A program made the translations under genes and the position numbers. DNA of 64,000 bases from Verrucomicrobiota bacterium (GTDB lineage Bacteria; Verrucomicrobiota; Verrucomicrobiia; Limisphaerales; Palsa-1400): NCBI GenBank assembly GCA_049510745.1, contig JBEKYR010000001.1, positions 32,001 through 96,000 on the forward strand, read 5' to 3'. The notes beneath the pieces are model-generated. The model was not told the origin of the DNA. It did no database searches and saw only the letters and a program-made list of their open reading frames with translations. The first letter of the stretch is position 1. Each line of letters starts with the position of its first letter. Shown one piece after another: positions 58,253 to 64,000 of this stretch.

Positions 58253-59527
58253 TTAGTTTTCGAATCGCTTGCGCCAGGCCCAAAGGCCGAGCGCCGGGTT
58301 GGAAATATAGAAAATCCGTTCGCCGTCGGGCAGCGTGTTCCAGCCGTCCTTCAGGGCCGCTGGATTATAGCGCCGCATCGTGGCGGCAAGATCGGCATAT
58401 TTGAAGCCGACGCTCTCGATCTCCGCACATGTGAGTTGGCCGGGGCAATAGGTGATACTGAAGCGGCCTTCGCTGGAGCCGTGAATCAGGTGTGCGGCGG
58501 CGCTGAGGTTCTCGCGCAACTCGCCGTTGGCCCGAGTTGCCGCCAGCGTGGCCGGCGTGCCGCGATAGCCGTACTTGCGGATAAGACGATCAATCTCCGG
58601 GTCTTCGCCAAACTCTTTGAGACCGGGAGCGAGAACGACCAACTCACCGCCGTCGGCCATGGCCATGCGCGTGCGATAGACGCTTTTGTTGCCAAGCCAG
58701 GTGCTTTTGAACTCACCCGGATCGAGATAGACAACCACCTTTTTCAGCGGTTCATCGAGCATCTCAAAATTGACCTTGAGGGACAAATCCGCGGCCTTGG
58801 TGAATGCGGAAGCGTCGTCGCCGATAAACAGGCCGCGGACCTGGAGTTTGCCCTGCTCGTCGCGGCTGACCACGGTGTGCATATAGACGATGGGCAGGTG
58901 ACGCGTGAACTTTTCTCCCGCGTAGTTGAGCATTCTGCGGACCGGGGTGTCGGCCCGCCCCATCATGCGTTCCATGCCGTAAGCGGCGCCGACAAAATGG
59001 CTCTTGTTGATCGCCTCGGCCCCGCCGGTGCCGACGAAGATATTCTTGTTGTAACTGGCCATGCCGATCACTTCGTGCGGCACAACCTGGCCGATTGATA
59101 GGATCAAATCATGTTTGCCGGTCCAGATCAGGTTGGCCAGTTGCGCCGGCCACGCGAAGTCGGCAGCACCTTCGGAGACCTCGCGCACGAATTCGGCCGG
59201 CACTTCGCCGACGGTAGTGACGCCGGTGCGCCAGTTATGCACACGGAACAGGCTGGCAGGCACACCGGCGAACATTTCGGCGATTTGCGCCGGGGTCACG
59301 GGAGAGTGCGTTCCGAGCGCAGGCAGCACGTCCGCGAGCCGGTCCCCGCAATAATCGTAAACCAGACGCGTGAGAACCCCGGCATGGGAATGAAACCGGG
59401 TAAAATCCGGCGGGATAACAAGCACCCGGCGGCGTGGCCCCAGCCGCTCCATGGCCTGGGCAACACCCGCGCGCAAGTCCCCGGTTGCAATTTTGTCGGG
59501 TGCAGAGCCGCGTTCAAAGTAAAGCAT
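58253..59527 (-). CDS. LarA/lactate-racemase-family (DUF2088) nickel-pincer enzyme, probable sugar-acid 2-epimerase
   Basis: PPDFTRFH, ALGTH, VVPHEVIG..KN...G, NKSVYR motifs; clustered with sugar-acid genes. Confidence 0.82.
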   Translation of the reverse strand: MLYFERGSAPDKIATGDLRAGVAQAMERLGPRRRVLVIPPDFTRFHSHAGVLTRLVYDYCGDRLADVLPALGTHSPVTPAQIAEMFAGVPASLFRVHNWRTGVTTVGEVPAEFVREVSEGAADFAWPAQLANLIWTGKHDLILSIGQVVPHEVIGMASYNKNIFVGTGGAEAINKSHFVGAAYGMERMMGRADTPVRRMLNYAGEKFTRHLPIVYMHTVVSRDEQGKLQVRGLFIGDDASAFTKAADLSLKVNFEMLDEPLKKVVVYLDPGEFKSTWLGNKSVYRTRMAMADGGELVVLAPGLKEFGEDPEIDRLIRKYGYRGTPATLAATRANGELRENLSAAAHLIHGSSEGRFSITYCPGQLTCAEIESVGFKYADLAATMRRYNPAALKDGWNTLPDGERIFYISNPALGLWAWRKRFEN

Positions 59528-59580
59528 AAGGAGACACTAGTTTGCCCCAATCTCCTGGGCATTGAAAGCTCTTTGGCAAT

Positions 59581-60663
59581 TCAACGTTGGATGCGCGCGG
59601 AGCCACCCTTGGCAAAGGCCTTGACTTGATCCACCGTGGCCATGGTGGTGTCGCCGGGGAAGGTGGTCAGCAAGGCGCCGTGGGCCCAGCCCAGCTTGAC
59701 CGCTTCCTCCGGGGCTTCCCCGCTCAGCAAGCCGTAGAAGAAACCGGCTGCAAAACCGTCCCCGCCGCCCACCCGGTCGAACACCTCCAACTCGCAAGCA
59801 GGCGCGAGATAATTCTTGCCGTCGATCCAGGCCACGGCGCTCCAATGATGGCGATTGGTCGAATGGACCTCGCGCAAAGTCGTGGCGATAATCTTCACCT
59901 GCGGATGTTGTTTGGTAACCCGTTCGATCATGGTCAAGAAGGCCGATGGGTCGAGTTTGGATTTGGCCGCCATTTCCGGTCCGGCAATGCCCAGGCCTTT
60001 TTGCATGTCTTCCTCGTTGCCCACCAACACGTCCACGTTCTTGACAATCCGGTTGATGACCGATACGGCCCGATCCTGGCCGCCTGAGATTTTCCAGAGC
60101 TTCTCCCGGAAATTCAGGTCGAAAGAAACCACGGCCCCGGCCGCCTTGGCCGCCTGCATGCCTTCGATAATCAACTCGGCCGTGGTTTGCGAAAGCGCCG
60201 CGAAAATCCCGCCGCTATGGAACCAACGCACGCCCCCGGCAAAAATCTGTTTCCAATCGAAGTCCCCCGGCTTGAGTTGAGCTGCGGCTTCATTACAGCG
60301 GTTGTAAAAGACCACCGGCGCGCGCACGCCCTGCCCGCGGTCGCTATAAACCGCGGCCATGTTGGGACCGGTCACGCCATTGTGGGCAAAGTGCTTGTAA
60401 AATGGCTTTACGCCCATGGCTCGCACCCGCTCGGCAATGAGATCGCCAATGGGGTAATCCACCATGGCGGTGGCAATCCCGGTTTGCAGTCGAAAGCAGT
60501 CCGACAAATTGGCCGCCACATTATACTCGCCGCCGCTGACATGGATCCGGCACTCAGTGGCTTTGCGAAAAGGAATAATGCCGGGGTCCAGGCGGTGGAC
60601 CAAACCTCCAAGCGATACCAGGTCCAGCGCGCCGCCCGTTCTTATATTTAGTCCGTATTTCAT
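59581..60663 (-). CDS. kdgK: PfkB-family sugar kinase (KDG kinase-like)
   Basis: GGEYNVA, SFDLNFREKLW, GNEED, DRVGGGDGF. Confidence 0.8.
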   Translation of the reverse strand: MKYGLNIRTGGALDLVSLGGLVHRLDPGIIPFRKATECRIHVSGGEYNVAANLSDCFRLQTGIATAMVDYPIGDLIAERVRAMGVKPFYKHFAHNGVTGPNMAAVYSDRGQGVRAPVVFYNRCNEAAAQLKPGDFDWKQIFAGGVRWFHSGGIFAALSQTTAELIIEGMQAAKAAGAVVSFDLNFREKLWKISGGQDRAVSVINRIVKNVDVLVGNEEDMQKGLGIAGPEMAAKSKLDPSAFLTMIERVTKQHPQVKIIATTLREVHSTNRHHWSAVAWIDGKNYLAPACELEVFDRVGGGDGFAAGFFYGLLSGEAPEEAVKLGWAHGALLTTFPGDTTMATVDQVKAFAKGGSARIQR

Positions 60664-60734
60664 GGGTGGGACGTTGACCGAATCCAGCCTCGTTTGTCAC
60701 GGAAAAAACGGACGTGTTTCCGCTAAGACCTTAG

Positions 60735-62375
60735 TCAGGAAGTCTGGCATCTGGCAAGGACCCGCTCCACTTCCGTGGCAAAACTGAGAGGAATCAGAAG
60801 CCGCCCAAATTGAGCCATGACCAGGTCACCCACGTTGGTTTGGCCGACCTTCATTGTGAACAGGTCCTGGCCCATGATGCCTGCGTCCGAAACGAACGAC
60901 CGCAGCGCGACCGCGGATTCCGGCTTGCCCAACGTCACTTCCCGTTGCAGGCGAACCAGAAGTTCGCGGCGAGGGTCCGGGGCCAAAACGAAGTCTGTGC
61001 CGTCGTCGGTCTTTCCCACCACGTAACGCAGGCCGACGGCGATCAGCAGAACCAGCGGGGCAATTTCCGTCTCGCTCGCGCCGCTTTCCACCATGCGCTT
61101 GAGGGTCGGGTACACCCGGGGCAGATATTTGGCCGTCCAATTCATCGCGATTCGCTCCGTAGCGTCGGGCAGGTGCGGGTTGAGCACGCGGCGGATGGCA
61201 TTGGCGCCAAAAGCTTGCGCCGTCGAGAAACTCGGAGAGCTAATTCCCGTCGTAGCCAATTTGATGATGTGTTCAACCATCGCCCGCAAAAGCGGATCGT
61301 GCATCCCCTTATAGATACTGAAGGGGCCGAACCACCCCTTGATCGCGCCCGCGAGTGCCAGCCAAAGATGGAGGGCGTTGAGGGTGGTGAGCTTGAGCTT
61401 CTCCGCCACCTCAACTTCGTAGAGCGGCACGAAATGCACCCCATCCACTTCATCCATCGGGGGGACCGCTCCCGCAAACTGCTGTTCGATGATCCACCAG
61501 AGTGTCTCCTCGGTAACTGCCGTCGGGCAAACAAAACCGAACTCCTGGACTCGCGCCACAATTTCCGGCGTCGGGGGGATTGAGATACGGTCAATCATGC
61601 TGTCAGGGCAACCGACCTGTTCGGGGTCGGCAATCCAGGCCTCAAAGCCCTTGAGGGCGGCGCCGCGAGCCCGCTCGAAACTACGTGCCATCATGCGGAA
61701 CGCCGCTCTTGCGAACTGCCCGTTACGGCTGAAGTTCGTCCCGGAGATAAAGGTGAACCTGGGGCCACCGGCAGCGTAACGCGCCGCGAGGAACTCCGTG
61801 AAGCGTCCCAGATGGCTCCTGGTGGCGCCATGAGCAACGTCATCTTTGGTGGCCGTCCCCAGCGGACTGGCCAAGTCCCCGTCGCCCAATTTCCACTCAC
61901 AGTCCCACCAACTTTCGGGCACGTTGCCCGTCGCGAAACTCACTTTCGGATCGGCCGCGTGATGCCGGAGCCAGGCCCACGTGGCGCCGGCGCCGCTTTC
62001 GCCCGCAAAGCCAACACCCGCGAAGCTGTCATGAATCCGCAGTTGCGGAGCACCGTCGGAAGGCAGCACCAAGTGGGCGGCCAAGCCATCGGTCTGATTC
62101 AGGTCGGATACCAGGCCGCCGTTGAAGGTCTCCATGCCAATGACACGGGGAGCGCATTCCGGGCCGCGTTTGCGCCGGAGCAGTCCGAGAACGTCGCTGG
62201 TGAAACCAATCCCCATCCCACCCGGTCCGAGAATGACTCCGGCGGCCTGTGGGGCAGTGGCATGACGAAAATAAGGCGGAGCTACAAGGGTGAGGCCCGC
62301 GGCTGTCAGGGTTTCTTTATCCCCCAGAAGCGCCAGCAGGGATTTTCGGGTAAGGGGCTCAAGTGTTTTCTTCAT
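60735..62375 (-). CDS. Divergent mannitol-dehydrogenase-family (UxuB/UxaB-like) oxidoreductase
   Basis: PDSMIDRI, WIIE, KLKLTTLNALH, RVLNPHLPD...RIA, PDPR; ATG 62375. Confidence 0.7.
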   Translation of the reverse strand: MKKTLEPLTRKSLLALLGDKETLTAAGLTLVAPPYFRHATAPQAAGVILGPGGMGIGFTSDVLGLLRRKRGPECAPRVIGMETFNGGLVSDLNQTDGLAAHLVLPSDGAPQLRIHDSFAGVGFAGESGAGATWAWLRHHAADPKVSFATGNVPESWWDCEWKLGDGDLASPLGTATKDDVAHGATRSHLGRFTEFLAARYAAGGPRFTFISGTNFSRNGQFARAAFRMMARSFERARGAALKGFEAWIADPEQVGCPDSMIDRISIPPTPEIVARVQEFGFVCPTAVTEETLWWIIEQQFAGAVPPMDEVDGVHFVPLYEVEVAEKLKLTTLNALHLWLALAGAIKGWFGPFSIYKGMHDPLLRAMVEHIIKLATTGISSPSFSTAQAFGANAIRRVLNPHLPDATERIAMNWTAKYLPRVYPTLKRMVESGASETEIAPLVLLIAVGLRYVVGKTDDGTDFVLAPDPRRELLVRLQREVTLGKPESAVALRSFVSDAGIMGQDLFTMKVGQTNVGDLVMAQFGRLLIPLSFATEVERVLARCQTS

Positions 62376-62636
62376 TTGCACTAGCTGGTTTCTTTGCCGC
62401 TTTCCCGGGCTTGATGGGATGCGTTCGATTGTCTCATTTTGCGCAGATTGTGGCCATTTTACATCGGAAAACAAGCTGAAACCTGTTCGATTGGCCCGTA
62501 GGGCGGGCGGAAAGGATACGCATCAGTTCAAACTGCTGGCGCTGGACACAATTCGAGGTGGTTTGTGAATTTCAATGCCGGTGATCTGAGCGGGAGGTTT
62601 CCGTCATTTCCCGCCTGCTTTGGGAGAAATCTGATG

Positions 62637-63191
62637 TCACGACCCGCCCATCAATCCAATCTTTCTCAAAAGGATTTCCAAGTCAGCGTCCACATTCGCC
62701 ACTCGCAAGAGATCATCAAGCGAGAATTGCCGCCCCAGCGCGTGGGCGTTTACCGGCTTCTGATAACTTGGCCACCGGCTTTTTAGTCTTGTTTCCGCTG
62801 AGGCGGCGTCGGGAATTTCACGCTTCATGCCAGGCATCATTCTCAACAATAAGCCTTCGTGGTTTGGAGTTTGCACGCAAACGGTGATTTTGTTTTTGGC
62901 GGCCTCACGCCTCAACCGTTCAATTGACCAGTCGCCTTGCTCCGCGCGGTCTCTGTCCACGATAAGAAAGCGGTCCCGGTAAGCGCCTGCGATTCTGCAA
63001 CGCCGCTTATGCAGACGCACAGTCTTTTGAAGCATTGATTTGAACCCGCCGCCGCCGAGCAGGACGCCATCCAGATGAACGTGCAATTCCTTTTGTGAGA
63101 GCGCCTGCAGCCACGCGAGGAAGGACTGTTCACTCTCGCCCTCAACCGCGACAAAGAATCGCGCGCGAATTTTGACGATTGGCGCTGACAT
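62637..63191 (-). CDS. RloB-like (TOPRIM-fold) protein
   Basis: VAVEGESEQ, VDRD and PNHEG motifs; directly downstream of an AAA ATPase. Confidence 0.75.
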   Translation of the reverse strand: MSAPIVKIRARFFVAVEGESEQSFLAWLQALSQKELHVHLDGVLLGGGGFKSMLQKTVRLHKRRCRIAGAYRDRFLIVDRDRAEQGDWSIERLRREAAKNKITVCVQTPNHEGLLLRMMPGMKREIPDAASAETRLKSRWPSYQKPVNAHALGRQFSLDDLLRVANVDADLEILLRKIGLMGGS

Positions 63192-63194
63192 GGG

Positions 63195-64000
63195 TCAGCC
63201 GATATGCGGCACAGCCCCCAGTTCGCCGGAGAGATATTTTTTCATCAGGCTCGGCTCGCGGCGCAGCCCTTTGATTTCGCGCGCGCCGTAAATGCGCGTC
63301 GGTTTGCCGCCCGGCTTTTCGGTGAAGAATACCTGTTCTTTTTCCAGTTCATCAAGAATTGCAGGATTGTGAGCCGTGAACAGAAGTTGCGCGCCGTTCG
63401 GGTTGCGCCGGCTGTCGTAAAACCAGCGGAACAGTTCAGGAATCAGCAGAGGGTGAATGTCGGTGTCCAATTCATCAATCACTGCCACCCCGCCAATATC
63501 CAGGACAAATTGCAGCAGTGGAAAAATCTCGATAAACTGCCGCGTTCCCTTTGATTCCTGCGCCAGCACAATGTCGCAGTCGAGTCCAACATGCTTGAAC
63601 GTCGCTATAGGGCCGGTGTTGCCAGGGTGAATCTTCATTTCTTGAAGTCCCAAATCAAGGCGGCTGAGTTCGCGGTTCAAACGCTGGAGATAGTCGGGGC
63701 GTTGCGCGTAGAAAGACAGGGCGCTATTGAGTCCTCCATTTGCTTTGTCCAGCCCGACGATATTGGTTTGCAGGCCCCGAAGCGATAAAATGAAATCGCT
63801 GGAGAGTTTGTGGTTAAGTTGCGCCAGCGTGCTGATAACGCTCGCATTCGGGCGGATGCTCTGAATGCGCGAATCACCATTGGTGATGCCGAACTCACGG
63901 CCAAAAGTGAATTTCTGCTGATGGCGTTCAAAAATCCTGCGGGGTTTCCCATGCGGTGCGTAAGACAGCGATTCGTAACTTACCTCGCTGCCAAATTTGT
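63195..64000 (-). CDS. AAA/ABC-type ATPase (RloA/AbiLi-like), 5' end outside the window
   Basis: Frame is open from the window end through ESKGT, Walker B VIDELD..IHP, QLLFTAHN and YLSGELGAVP. Confidence 0.88.
   Translation of the reverse strand, partial: KFGSEVSYESLSYAPHGKPRRIFERHQQKFTFGREFGITNGDSRIQSIRPNASVISTLAQLNHKLSSDFILSLRGLQTNIVGLDKANGGLNSALSFYAQRPDYLQRLNRELSRLDLGLQEMKIHPGNTGPIATFKHVGLDCDIVLAQESKGTRQFIEIFPLLQFVLDIGGVAVIDELDTDIHPLLIPELFRWFYDSRRNPNGAQLLFTAHNPAILDELEKEQVFFTEKPGGKPTRIYGAREIKGLRREPSLMKKYLSGELGAVPHIG

Noticed and set aside
63677..63952. Apparent split or frameshift in the AAA ATPase suggested by the ORF track
   Set aside because: Manual translation shows the 63195 frame is open to the window end; the track simply lacks an upstream start codon

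Overview
A GC-rich bacterial chromosome segment. Gene content and repeat style suggest Verrucomicrobiota (Pedosphaera/Limisphaerales-like); this is inference. It contains housekeeping genes (Lrp regulator, MFS transporter, dgt, ispH, miaB, Rrf2 plus an IscS-like gene, GlcF-like, tig, larE, prfC, tRNA-Val(CAC)) and many carbohydrate-active genes (GH51 x2, GH43 x3, GH78). It also has two GT-C-type membrane glycosyltransferases, three toxin-antitoxin loci, a decayed type III R-M/IS21 patch, REP-like intergenic repeats, a LarA-KdgK-mannitol-dehydrogenase-family sugar-acid cluster, and an AAA ATPase + RloB (AbiL-like) pair cut by the window end. The most interesting structure is at 41.4-58.0 kb. 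There, an ECF sigma factor/Ser-Thr kinase pair precedes an arabinan-type locus with no SusC/SusD or TonB-dependent receptor. Two non-catalytic LamG/Ig proteins in it share a 40-bp upstream motif (TGTCGG-N17-CGCATT, 34/40 identical). Four LamG proteins in the window share a C-terminal domain ending F[YF]xL, a candidate export or sorting signal, and they are rich in Thr-Asn dipeptides. Separately, the IscS homologue has Arg in place of the PLP-binding Lys. Family assignments come from motif recognition by eye; no searches were run.
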